From: Nanobdellota archaeon
GTDB taxonomy: Archaea; Nanobdellota; Nanobdellia; Pacearchaeales; GW2011-AR1
NCBI GenBank assembly: GCA_038046005.1
Contig: JBBSXB010000001.1
Location: 96,001 to 160,000, forward strand
Reading direction: 5' to 3'
Length of the DNA: 64,000 nt
In this document: piece after piece, positions 20,875 to 28,872 of the stretch
How the letters are laid out: each line of letters opens with the position of its first letter
Numbering within the stretch: the stretch's first letter is position 1
Program-made: the position numbers and the translations under genes
Notes under the pieces: model-generated
Seen by the model: only the letters and a program-made list of their open reading frames with translations
Databases searched by the model: none
What the model was told of the DNA's origin: nothing

Positions 20875-21138
20875 ATGAGAAAAAAACCTGTTAAACAAAA
20901 GGGAAAATTAAGCTTTAGTAGGTACTTTCAAGAGCTGAATCCAGGAGATTTTGTTTCAGTTATAAAAGAGCTGTCAGTTCCATCAACCTTCCCAAAAAGA
21001 CTTCAAGGCAGAACTGGAGTTGTTGAAGGAAAAAGGGGAAGAACCTATGTTGTAAATATAAAAGACCAGGAAAAAAGTAAGAAATTTTTGATAGAAGCCA
21101 TACATTTAAAAAAAATAAAAGCTATGGAGAAAGCATGA
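20875..21138 (+). CDS. rpl21e: 50S ribosomal protein L21e
   Basis: RYFQELNPGD..PKRLQGRTGVV..IHLK; conserved rpl21e-rpoF-DUF655 order. Confidence 0.93.
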   Translation: MRKKPVKQKGKLSFSRYFQELNPGDFVSVIKELSVPSTFPKRLQGRTGVVEGKRGRTYVVNIKDQEKSKKFLIEAIHLKKIKAMEKA

Positions 21139-21440
21139 TAAAAAACACCGAAGCCATAAGTATGGCAGAATCAATAGAATATTTAAAAGAAGCAAAAGAT
21201 GAAGGAAAAGAAACAATTGCTTTTATAAAAAAGTTCAACAAACTTTCACCAAAAGATGGAAAAGAAATGAGGGCAAAATTGGAGAAAGCAGATATTATAA
21301 AACTTGATGAAAAAAGCATAAGCAAGATAATTGATGTTTTACCAGAAAATGCTGAAGAGATAAACAAAATTTTTGTAGGAGTAAGTTTAGATGAAGAAGA
21401 GAGCAAAAAAATAGTAGAAATTGTAAAGGGGATTAAATGA
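21135..21440 (+). CDS. rpoF: RNA polymerase subunit F (Rpo4)
   Basis: KIIDVLPENAEEI HRDC-like motif and synteny. Confidence 0.85.
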   Translation: MIKNTEAISMAESIEYLKEAKDEGKETIAFIKKFNKLSPKDGKEMRAKLEKADIIKLDEKSISKIIDVLPENAEEINKIFVGVSLDEEESKKIVEIVKGIK

Positions 21441-21503
21441 CACCACATGAAACAACATCAAAGATTTTCATTCACCAAGATAAAAGCGAGAGGATTAATT
21501 TAA

Positions 21504-22037
21504 ATGAAAGAGGAATATGCAATAATACTAGAATTTTTACCAAATGGCTATCCTTTAGAGAGAAAAATGATGCCGATAGCACAAGCTATAGGAAAAAGTC
21601 ATTTAACTCTTTTGGAGCTAGTTCCCCGAAGAGGAATTTCTTTGGAAATTGGGGAAGAAGTTTATATTGGTGAAGGTAAAAGACCAAAAGTTTATTATAT
21701 TTTTGGTAGGTTGGACCGGGAAAGACTTACCGAAACTGCAAAATCACAACTACAGGAGTTTATAGAAAAGGTAGTAGCTGAAAAGGAAAAAGATTATGTT
21801 GCGTTTTTCAATAAAGCTGAAGCGATAAATAAAAGAATACACCAGATTGAGTTAATTCCAGGATTGGGAAAAAAACACATGCAAGAAATAATAAAACAAC
21901 GAGAAGAAAAATTATTCGAGTCATTCGAAGATTTGAAAAAAAGAATACCAAATCTTCCAGACCCTAAAAAAGCAATAGAGAAAAGGATTTTTAAAGAGCT
22001 GACAACAATCGAGAGATATAATTTATTTGTAATATAA
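21504..22037 (+). CDS. DUF655 family RNA-binding protein
   Basis: EEYAIILEFLPNG, AQAIG and HQIELIPGLGKK (HhH). Confidence 0.9.
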   Translation: MKEEYAIILEFLPNGYPLERKMMPIAQAIGKSHLTLLELVPRRGISLEIGEEVYIGEGKRPKVYYIFGRLDRERLTETAKSQLQEFIEKVVAEKEKDYVAFFNKAEAINKRIHQIELIPGLGKKHMQEIIKQREEKLFESFEDLKKRIPNLPDPKKAIEKRIFKELTTIERYNLFVI

Positions 22038-22038
22038 A

Positions 22039-22527
22039 ATGGAAGTAAAAATACAAACACCAAAAGATGAAGGAAGAGTAGTTAGAATTTTGTCAAAAGA
22101 TATAGAAGGAAAAATGAAGATGTATGTGGGGTTGACAAAAATAAAAGGAATATCTTGGAGTTTGTCGAATGCTATTTGTAGAAAACTTGGAATTGATAAA
22201 AATAGAAAGATAGGATCTTTGAGTGATGAAGAGATAAAAAAGGTTTCTGAGTTTGTGAAAAATCCAGATTTACCAAAGCAAATGTTTAACAGACAAAAAG
22301 ATTTTGAAAGCGGAGAAAACAAGCACCTTGTTGGAAGCGATTTTGACCTGAGAAGAGATTTCGATATAAAGAGACTTAAACAAATTAAAAGTTATAGAGG
22401 GGCAAGGCACACAAGCAAACTGCCGGTAAGAGGACAGAGAACCAAAGGCCACTTTAGATCAAACAGAAAAAAAGGTTCTGGAATTAAAAAGAAAGTTACA
22501 GTCGAAACTAAAAAAAATATAAAATGA
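22039..22527 (+). CDS. rps13: 30S ribosomal protein S13
   Basis: GLTKIKGI and SYRGARH..LPVRGQRTK. Confidence 0.97.
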   Translation: MEVKIQTPKDEGRVVRILSKDIEGKMKMYVGLTKIKGISWSLSNAICRKLGIDKNRKIGSLSDEEIKKVSEFVKNPDLPKQMFNRQKDFESGENKHLVGSDFDLRRDFDIKRLKQIKSYRGARHTSKLPVRGQRTKGHFRSNRKKGSGIKKKVTVETKKNIK

Positions 22528-22579
22528 AAGCAAATATAAAATTTTCATCCATTAGAAATGAAAAGGGAGAATATTCCAA

Positions 22580-23065
22580 ATGAAGAGAAAACACAAGACA
22601 TATTCAAGGCCAAAAAGACCTTTTGATAAAGTAAGAATTGAAGAAGAAGGAAAAATAAAAGAAGAATTTGGACTCAAAAATAAAACTGAGATATGGAAGG
22701 CTGAAGCTAGGGTAAAAGATATAAGAGAAAAAGCGAAAAAGCTTATTAAATCATCTCACGAAGATCAAAAAGTACTTTTTGCAAAACTTCAAAAATTGGG
22801 TTTCAAAGTTAGCTCAATTGGTGAGGCATTGTCATTAGACAAAAAAGATTACCTAAATAAAAGACTTCAGACAATTGTTGCAAGAAAAAAAATTGCGCCA
22901 ACAATCAAATCTGCAAGACAATTAATAACACATAGAAAAATATTAGTTGATGAACGAATAGTTGACAGTCCCTCTTATATTGTTCCTATTGATCTTGAAA
23001 ATAAAATATCTATCAGAAAAAATAATAAAGTTAAGGTCGCACAAAAAATCGGAGTAGAAGAATGA
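22580..23065 (+). CDS. rps4: 30S ribosomal protein S4
   Basis: FGLKNKTEIW, RLQTIV, ARQLITH and SPSYIV. Confidence 0.97.
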   Translation: MKRKHKTYSRPKRPFDKVRIEEEGKIKEEFGLKNKTEIWKAEARVKDIREKAKKLIKSSHEDQKVLFAKLQKLGFKVSSIGEALSLDKKDYLNKRLQTIVARKKIAPTIKSARQLITHRKILVDERIVDSPSYIVPIDLENKISIRKNNKVKVAQKIGVEE

Positions 23066-23535
23066 CTGAACAAGAAGTTGCAGAACTGAAAAAAGATGAA
23101 GTGGTTGAGTCTGACTCTGAAGAAAAAAACAAAGATAAGGAAAAAGTAAAAAAGAAAGGACAAGAGATAGAGGCAGTTGTGAATATTTATACTTCTTTCA
23201 ATAACACAATAGTTCATGTGACTGACATGTCTGGAAAAACCATAACAAAGGTTACTGGGGGTATGATAACAAAACACGACAGATTAAAGGCTAATCCGAC
23301 AATAGCAATGTTTATTGCAAAAAGAGTTTCAGAAAACATAAGAGAGCTTGGAATAAAATCTCTTTATATAAGAATAAGAGCAAAAACAAATAGTCCTGCG
23401 CCAGGCCCAGGGGCTAACGCATTAATAAAAAGTCTCTCTAGAGAAGGATTTAAAATTTTGAATATTCTTGACACAACAAGGATGCCTAGAGGCGGACCAA
23501 AGAAAAAAGGAGGAAGAAGAGGAAGAAGAGTTTAA
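23062..23535 (+). CDS. rps11: 30S ribosomal protein S11
   Basis: SFNNTIVHVTD, PGPGA and KGGRRGRRV. Confidence 0.97.
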   Translation: MTEQEVAELKKDEVVESDSEEKNKDKEKVKKKGQEIEAVVNIYTSFNNTIVHVTDMSGKTITKVTGGMITKHDRLKANPTIAMFIAKRVSENIRELGIKSLYIRIRAKTNSPAPGPGANALIKSLSREGFKILNILDTTRMPRGGPKKKGGRRGRRV

Positions 23536-23611
23536 ATCTTCCAAAACGGTTTACTTTGTGAAAACGTTTAGAGGAAGAAGAGTTTAAAAAGCTCTTTTAT
23601 CAATTTTTAGT

Positions 23612-24328
23612 ATGGAAATAATAGAAAAGAAAGAAAATAAGATAATTTTTAAGGCAAAGATGGACACAAGCTTAAGCAACGCTATAAGAAGATATGTTTT
23701 TCACATTCCTGTTTTAGCGATTGATGAAGTGGAAATACACAAAAATGATTCTGCCCTATATGACGAAACAATAGCCCACAGAATAGGATTGATTCCATTA
23801 GACTCAAAAAAAGTTTCTCAAAAAAAAGAAGTTAATCTGAAGCTTGATGTTAAAAAAGAAGGCATTGTGTACAGTGGAGAATTTCATGGAGACGTAAAGC
23901 CAGCATATGACAAAATCCCAATAACTTCTTTAGGTAAAGGGCAAGAGATAGAATTAACAGCAATAGCCAGAATGGGCCAAGGAAGCACTCATGCAAAATT
24001 TTCTCCAGGGTTTATGACCTATAGAGAAGCTATGGAAGTTAAGGTTGATAAAAATATTCCGAAAGAATTTTTGGATGAATTGCCAGAACAAGTTGTAAAA
24101 AAAGGAGAAGCCATTGTTTATGATCCTTCTGTCTTGGAAAAAGTTGAATATTGTGCAGAAATAGCAAATAAAAAAGATAAAGAGTATGTAAAAATAACTC
24201 CTAGTGGCGAAGTGGTATTGAGTGTTGAAAGCTTTGGGCAAATTACTCCCGAAGAAATTTTTAAGAAAGCCATGGAAGCTTTAAAAGATGATATGGAAGA
24301 CTTATCTAAATCTATTTCAAAATCTTAA
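23612..24328 (+). CDS. rpoD: RNA polymerase subunit D (Rpo3)
   Basis: NAIRR, NDSALYDETIAHRIGLIPL and HAKFSP. Confidence 0.96.
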   Translation: MEIIEKKENKIIFKAKMDTSLSNAIRRYVFHIPVLAIDEVEIHKNDSALYDETIAHRIGLIPLDSKKVSQKKEVNLKLDVKKEGIVYSGEFHGDVKPAYDKIPITSLGKGQEIELTAIARMGQGSTHAKFSPGFMTYREAMEVKVDKNIPKEFLDELPEQVVKKGEAIVYDPSVLEKVEYCAEIANKKDKEYVKITPSGEVVLSVESFGQITPEEIFKKAMEALKDDMEDLSKSISKS

Positions 24329-24375
24329 TTCTAAAGGTTTTTATATATAAGAGACGCGTTTTTTATAGACAATCC

Positions 24376-24459
24376 GCAGGAGTAGCGAAGTGGTCAAACG
24401 CGTAAGACTCAAAATCTTATGGCTTAGTGCCTTCAGAGGTTCGAATCCTCTCTCCTGCA
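24376..24459 (+). tRNA. tRNA-Leu(CAA)
   Basis: GCAGGAG/CTCCTGC-A acceptor, anticodon arm TAAGA-CTCAAAA-TCTTA, long variable arm. Confidence 0.95.
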
Positions 24460-24504
24460 TTTTTGAGAAAGAAAAAATTTAAAAGAGAGAGAGTTAAATT
24501 ATAC

Positions 24505-24833
24505 ATGGGAGAAAAGAGAGAATGGAGTAAACTAGCTGTTTGGAGTTTTGTTTTAGTTATTTCATCAATAGTTCTTATGAGTCTAGCATATATTTTAGAG
24601 ATAATCAGTTCAGACAGATACTACTCATTTTATTCCGAATTTCCTGCATTTATATTTTTATTTGGGCTTCTTCCATTATATCTAACTTTAGTGGGCTTAT
24701 TTTAGCAATAATTTCGCTGAAAAAAATAAAAAAAGAAAATTTAAGAGGAAGGGTTCTTGCCTGGATTGCGATAGTCATACCTGTTATAATATTTTCTATA
24801 CAAATAATCATGATTTTCCTACCTTCACAATAA
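24505..24833 (+). pseudogene. DUF4190-like small membrane protein, frameshifted at about 24690
   Basis: MGEKREWSKLAVWSFVL... continues in a shifted frame as GLILAIISLKKIKKENLRGRVLAWIAI. Confidence 0.65.
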
Positions 24834-24884
24834 CACCCAAATCGAACATTTTATAAACCCATTTCTTCTCCAAATTTTACAACC

Positions 24885-24930
24885 TGCGAGCTAACGCGAT
24901 AGTAGGCAAAAACTACTTCTGTTAGCAATT
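24885..24930 (+). promoter_or_regulatory. Structured 5' leader of the rpl18e-rpl13-rps9 operon
   Basis: TATA (TTTATAAA, about 24850) followed by GCTAAC(24890-95)/GTTAGC(24921-26) and AGTAG(24901-05)/CTACT(24913-17) stems. Confidence 0.5.
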
Positions 24931-24933
24931 AAG

Positions 24934-25302
24934 ATGAAATCGAAAACAAAAATTAATAAACAATTACAGAGAAAAACAAATTCAAGTTTAGTTGAAACTG
25001 TAAGAGGCGCTGCAAAAAATGAAAAATGGAAAGAAGTTGCAAACATTCTTTCTTATCCTAGAAGACAAAGAACAGAAGTGAATCTTGATAAATTAAGCTC
25101 AGAATCTAAAGTGGGAGAAGTTGTAATTATTCCGGGAAAAGTTCTTTCTAATGGAGAAATAAATAAAAAAATAAAAGTGGCGGCATTTTCTTTTTCACAA
25201 AAAGCCAGGGAAAAGTTATTAAGTGCTGGCTGTCAAGTTTTAAGTATTGAAGAAGAAATTAAAAATAATCCAGAAGCAAAAGGAGTGAAGATTCTAAAAT
25301 GA
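24934..25302 (+). CDS. rpl18e: 50S ribosomal protein L18e
   Basis: VNLDKL, IPGKVLS and VAAFSFS. Confidence 0.96.
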   Translation: MKSKTKINKQLQRKTNSSLVETVRGAAKNEKWKEVANILSYPRRQRTEVNLDKLSSESKVGEVVIIPGKVLSNGEINKKIKVAAFSFSQKAREKLLSAGCQVLSIEEEIKNNPEAKGVKILK

Positions 25303-25688
25303 AAATAATCGATGGAAAAAATGCAGTTCTTGGAAGACTTGGAGCTTATGTCGCCAAAGAGGCATTAAAGGGAGAAGAAATTGTGGTTTTAAATTGTGAA
25401 CAAATTATAATTACTGGGAATAAAAAAGAGATACAGGAAAAGTTTAGGGAAAAAAGAACAAAGATTGGAAGCGGGCAAACAGGGCCAAAACATTCAAGGC
25501 TTTCCCACTTGATTGTAAAAAGGGCAATAAGAGGAATGTTGCCAAGAGCCAGTATGGGACGAGGCAGGGAAGCGTTTAAGAGAATAAAATGCTATTCTGG
25601 GGTTCCAAAAGAATTTGAACAGGCAAAAAAAATATCTCTTGATGAGAAAAAAAGTAAATTTATATTAGTCAAAGAAATTGTAGAATGA
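25299..25688 (+). CDS. rpl13: 50S ribosomal protein L13
   Basis: IIDGKNAVLGRL and VKRAIRGMLP. Confidence 0.97.
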   Translation: MKIIDGKNAVLGRLGAYVAKEALKGEEIVVLNCEQIIITGNKKEIQEKFREKRTKIGSGQTGPKHSRLSHLIVKRAIRGMLPRASMGRGREAFKRIKCYSGVPKEFEQAKKISLDEKKSKFILVKEIVE

Positions 25689-26086
25689 AAAAAATAGTCA
25701 AATCAGGAAAAAGAAAAATGGCAGTTGCAAGAGCAGTGTTAGTAGACGGAACAGGAAAAATTATGATAAATAAAAAAGACTACAAAAATTTACATATTTT
25801 TGACAAACTTAAAATTGAAGAACCTTTGAGAATCTATCAGGCAATGATTGGAGATTTAAATTTTGACGTCGAGATATTTGTAAGAGGTGGTGGAGAAAAG
25901 GGACAAATAGAGGCTGCGAAAATTGCTTTGTCCAGATCGATTATTGAATTTGCAAAATCTGCCGAATTAAGAAAAGCATTCATAGAATATGACAGAAGTT
26001 TACTTGTTGCAGATGTAAGAAGAAAAGAAGCTTACAAACCTGGAGACAGTAAGGCAAGAAGTAAAAGACAAAAGTCGTACAGATAA
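25685..26086 (+). CDS. rps9: 30S ribosomal protein S9
   Basis: SGKRKMAVARA, YDRSLLVAD and QKSYR. Confidence 0.97.
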   Translation: MKKIVKSGKRKMAVARAVLVDGTGKIMINKKDYKNLHIFDKLKIEEPLRIYQAMIGDLNFDVEIFVRGGGEKGQIEAAKIALSRSIIEFAKSAELRKAFIEYDRSLLVADVRRKEAYKPGDSKARSKRQKSYR

Positions 26087-26866
26087 TCAATCTTTTATTT
26101 TATTTATTCCCAGCGTTTCAAATTTATTCTGGACATGATTAAACAGCGTCGAGGAAATCAAAGGTTGATGCACTCCGGGATGTGTTTGATTATCAAATTT
26201 TACTTTTCCCAAATAAGCCTGATTAGTGAGAATTTTCTTTAGGCCGTTTACAGAAAAACCATATTTTTTTGACAGCTGTGTTAAACTTATTTTCTGGTTT
26301 AAAAAATCTTGGAATACTTCATTGACAAGGTAAGAATTTTCTGCTGGAATAAGTTTTTTATCGACCATTTTATAGCCAAATGGTGCCCTCGTTATTGGAT
26401 TTCCATCACGGGCTTTTTTATCCATACTGAACTTTGTTCTTTCCCCAGTAACATTTCTTTCAAATTCTGCAAAAGCAGATATTATATGAAACATTAACTT
26501 TCCTGAAGCGCTTGTTGTTTCAATTTTGTCCTGCAAAGATATGAAATCAACACCCCATTGTTTTAGTTTTTCTATGGTTTCTATTAAATCTCGCAAAGAA
26601 CGGGAAAATCTATCAAGTTTGTATACGAAAATTGCCTGGAATTTGTGATTTCTCGCATCTTCAAGTAACTCAACTATTTCTGGCCTACCTTTGATATCTT
26701 TGGCAGACTTACCTTCGTCTTTGTATATTCTTAGAACTTCGTAACCTAAAGCAGAAGCATAGTTTTTAAGTGCTTCTTCTTGTGCCGACATCGAAATTCC
26801 ATGCTTGACTTGTTCTTCTGTTGAGACTCTTATGTAAATTGCTGCTAGGGGTTTTATTTGATTCAT
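26087..26866 (-). CDS. Serine recombinase: catalytic plus recombinase domain, lacking the Zn-ribbon/coiled-coil domain
   Basis: YIRVSTEEQ (catalytic Ser), DEGKS..RP, KLDRFSR and FAEFER, then PFGY..ILTNQAYLG..HQPLIS. Likely start is the ATG at 26866, overlapping the upstream stop (ATGA). Confidence 0.92.
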   Translation of the reverse strand: MNQIKPLAAIYIRVSTEEQVKHGISMSAQEEALKNYASALGYEVLRIYKDEGKSAKDIKGRPEIVELLEDARNHKFQAIFVYKLDRFSRSLRDLIETIEKLKQWGVDFISLQDKIETTSASGKLMFHIISAFAEFERNVTGERTKFSMDKKARDGNPITRAPFGYKMVDKKLIPAENSYLVNEVFQDFLNQKISLTQLSKKYGFSVNGLKKILTNQAYLGKVKFDNQTHPGVHQPLISSTLFNHVQNKFETLGINKIKD

Positions 26867-27513
26867 GCTTTCACGCCTATCAAAACCGTCCAAACAGGAC
26901 CAACAGATTTAATTTTCAGGTCTTGGCAATAATTTGAAAGAAGAACCTTAATGTTAGTTAAGTCTACTCTATCAAATGAAGCTTTGTCTAAGACAGTTTT
27001 GTCTTCCTTTATAGACATAACCTTAAAGCCCAAGTAGGAATAATATTTTCTTAAAAAGGTTGTTGTTCTTTTGTCTCTTTTCCAAGTGAATATCAAAATT
27101 GTGCCTCCTCTTTTTGTTACTCTTAAAATTTCTCTTAATAGTTTCTCTTTGGAATCAATGCTTCCAATGAGATTATAAGCCGCATAAGTTACGTCAAAAA
27201 AATTGTCTGGAAAAGTCATGTTGAAAGCATCCATGTTTAAAATCTCAACATTAGGAGAGTTTGCAAGATTTTTTCGAGCAATTTTTAATACTGATTCGTT
27301 ATTATCTATGCCAACAAGTTTTTTCACGAACTGAAACAACTTGTCTGCAGGTCTACCTGTCCCACAACCAACATCTAGGACAACTTTGTTTTGGCATATT
27401 TTTTTTAAAAGGTTGAACTCATATTTGAATGACTCTTTAGCCTCCTTTAATGGTTTTTCTACTGCTTTTACTTGCTCTCTGACATACTCTTGACCATAAT
27501 CTCTCTTTTCCAC
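26863..27513 (-). CDS. Class I SAM-dependent methyltransferase (UbiE-like)
   Basis: VLDVGCGTG, FPDNFFDV and EILRVTKRGG; GTG start. Confidence 0.85.
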   Translation of the reverse strand: MEKRDYGQEYVREQVKAVEKPLKEAKESFKYEFNLLKKICQNKVVLDVGCGTGRPADKLFQFVKKLVGIDNNESVLKIARKNLANSPNVEILNMDAFNMTFPDNFFDVTYAAYNLIGSIDSKEKLLREILRVTKRGGTILIFTWKRDKRTTTFLRKYYSYLGFKVMSIKEDKTVLDKASFDRVDLTNIKVLLSNYCQDLKIKSVGPVWTVLIGVKA

Positions 27514-27521
27514 ATACTTAT

Positions 27522-27580
27522 TTGTGCACTTAGGTTTAAAAAGTTATTGTGCACGTGGATTTAGGACACCCTAAGTGCGC
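27522..27580. repeat. Half-sites of the recombinase-associated repeat, bracketing the operon promoter
   Basis: TTGTGCACTTAGGTT (27522-36) and TTGTGCAC...TTAGG-ACAC-CCTAAGTGC (27547-78); GCACTTAGG and CCTAAGTGC are inverted. Confidence 0.75.
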
Positions 27581-27682
27581 GTTTTTAACGAGGGAAATGT
27601 GGTTTTTGAGGATTTTGGGAGTAATTTTATGAACTAAGATAAGCAAAGTGAAGAGAAGAAATATCTAAATAGCGTAAATAGA

Positions 27683-27988
27683 TTATTCTGCTTCTTTAGA
27701 GATTACTTTAACTAAGTCATATCTTGAAGAACTTGCGTCAGCTGGCGGATTTTTAATTTTTGTTATTTTTACTTCAAGAACATATGAATATCCTTCTTCA
27801 TAATCAAATCCATCAATAGAATTATAGAAACGTTCCCCATTCACTATCAAACACTTCATTGGGACTCCACCAACACAATCAACCTTATTTGGACCAATAG
27901 TAATGGTTTCAGTACTAGGAAAAGTTGTAAAGAGTAGTATTATTATAAAAATTATAATGTAAAACCACCATTTTTTTAGTAAATTCAT
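27683..27988 (-). CDS. DUF4377-like membrane-anchored/secreted protein
   Basis: N-terminal TM, CVGGVPMKCL, FYNSIDGFDYEEGYSY.L.V and PPADASS..Y.L. Confidence 0.8.
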   Translation of the reverse strand: MNLLKKWWFYIIIFIIILLFTTFPSTETITIGPNKVDCVGGVPMKCLIVNGERFYNSIDGFDYEEGYSYVLEVKITKIKNPPADASSSRYDLVKVISKEAE

Positions 27989-28050
27989 AATTAGTTTAAT
28001 AAAACAGAGTTTAAAATATTTCCCCTAAAATTTTCCAATTTCTTTTGTGA

Positions 28051-28083
28051 CCTGCCATGGTTGTGCACTTAGGTTGGCTAAGT
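28051..28083 (+). repeat. 33-bp direct repeat copy 1, candidate recombination site
   Basis: CCTGCCATGGTTGTGCACTTAGGTTGGCTAAGT; internal inverted repeat CACTTAG-N5-CTAAGT(G). Confidence 0.9.
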
Positions 28084-28163
28084 GAATACGCAAAATACAG
28101 AGATATTAGAAAAAAAATTGAAATAAGTTTAAAGAAAAAATAAAATTAAAGATCGAACTGGAA

Positions 28164-28331
28164 CTATTTCTTTCTCGATTGATAGTTTCTCATCAATTTG
28201 CCTACACCTACAATGAGCCAAGCCAAAGCAATTAGCCATGCGGAAAGTGTTATACCAATATCAAGGCCAATAAGTGGTAGTATAAGTAAAACACCGACTA
28301 ATGTGACAAGCCAAGCTGTTACCTTTGCCAT
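28164..28331 (-). CDS. 55-aa two-helix hydrophobic protein (not in ORF track)
   Basis: MAKVTAWLVTLVGVLLILPLIGLDIGITLSAWLIALAWLIVGVGKLMRNYQSRKK. AGGAGGG SD and TTATAA upstream; paralog at 50627-50773. Confidence 0.8.
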   Translation of the reverse strand: MAKVTAWLVTLVGVLLILPLIGLDIGITLSAWLIALAWLIVGVGKLMRNYQSRKK

Positions 28332-28516
28332 TTCAACCCTCCTTTGATATACCCTAAAGAAAACAAGGGTTATAAGGTTTTTGCTAGCTTGAAGATTAGA
28401 GATTCAATTGTGTTATTAATTTGTAAAACATACAATTAATGCGGCGAGAGTTGGAATATTCTGATAACAATAATCTTACAAATTTCGCGCCATTTTTCGA
28501 CATCAATCTCTTTAGG

Positions 28517-28549
28517 CCTGCCACAGTTGTGCACTTAGGTTGGCTAAGT
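28517..28549 (+). repeat. 33-bp direct repeat copy 2
   Basis: CCTGCCACAGTTGTGCACTTAGGTTGGCTAAGT, 31/33 identical to 28051-28083. Confidence 0.9.
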
Positions 28550-28582
28550 ATATGCTGAGCTAGTTAAGACATGTAGAAAATG

Positions 28583-28712
28583 GTTGTTTAAACATGTGTT
28601 TTTGTGTTTAATCGACGGAAAAATTGATTAGAAATCGCTAAGAAAAACAGGTGTTGATTAGGGTGTTTGTCCGTTTAAACAGTGTTTATGGTTGTTTTAA
28701 ACAGCTGTTTTG
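28583..28712. repeat. Cluster of AAACA-N2-TGTTT palindromic boxes
   Basis: 28590 AAACATGTGTTT, 28645 AAACAGGTGTTG, 28677 AAACAGTGTTT and 28699 AAACAGCTGTTT. Confidence 0.7.
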
Positions 28713-28872
28713 CCATTAAAAATAGGGAAAAACATCATATTTTAAGACAAAAACATGCTAAAAAATAAATGAATTTCCCTCCAAAAAATTGGGTGCGAGA
28801 TAGATAAAAATTGAGGTAAGATGAAATTTACGACGTAAAAAAAGAAATATTTATAAAGGTTGAAAATCTAAA

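Noticed and set aside
21437-21673. 78-aa ORF overlapping DUF655
   Set aside because: Out-of-frame overlap with a conserved gene and no recognisable motif.
24427-24705. 92-aa ORF from the track
   Set aside because: Its start lies inside tRNA-Leu(CAA); the real coding part starts at 24505 and is frameshifted.
27522-28549. Repeats as a CRISPR array
   Set aside because: Only two full copies, about 430 bp of gene-containing sequence between them, and no cas genes.
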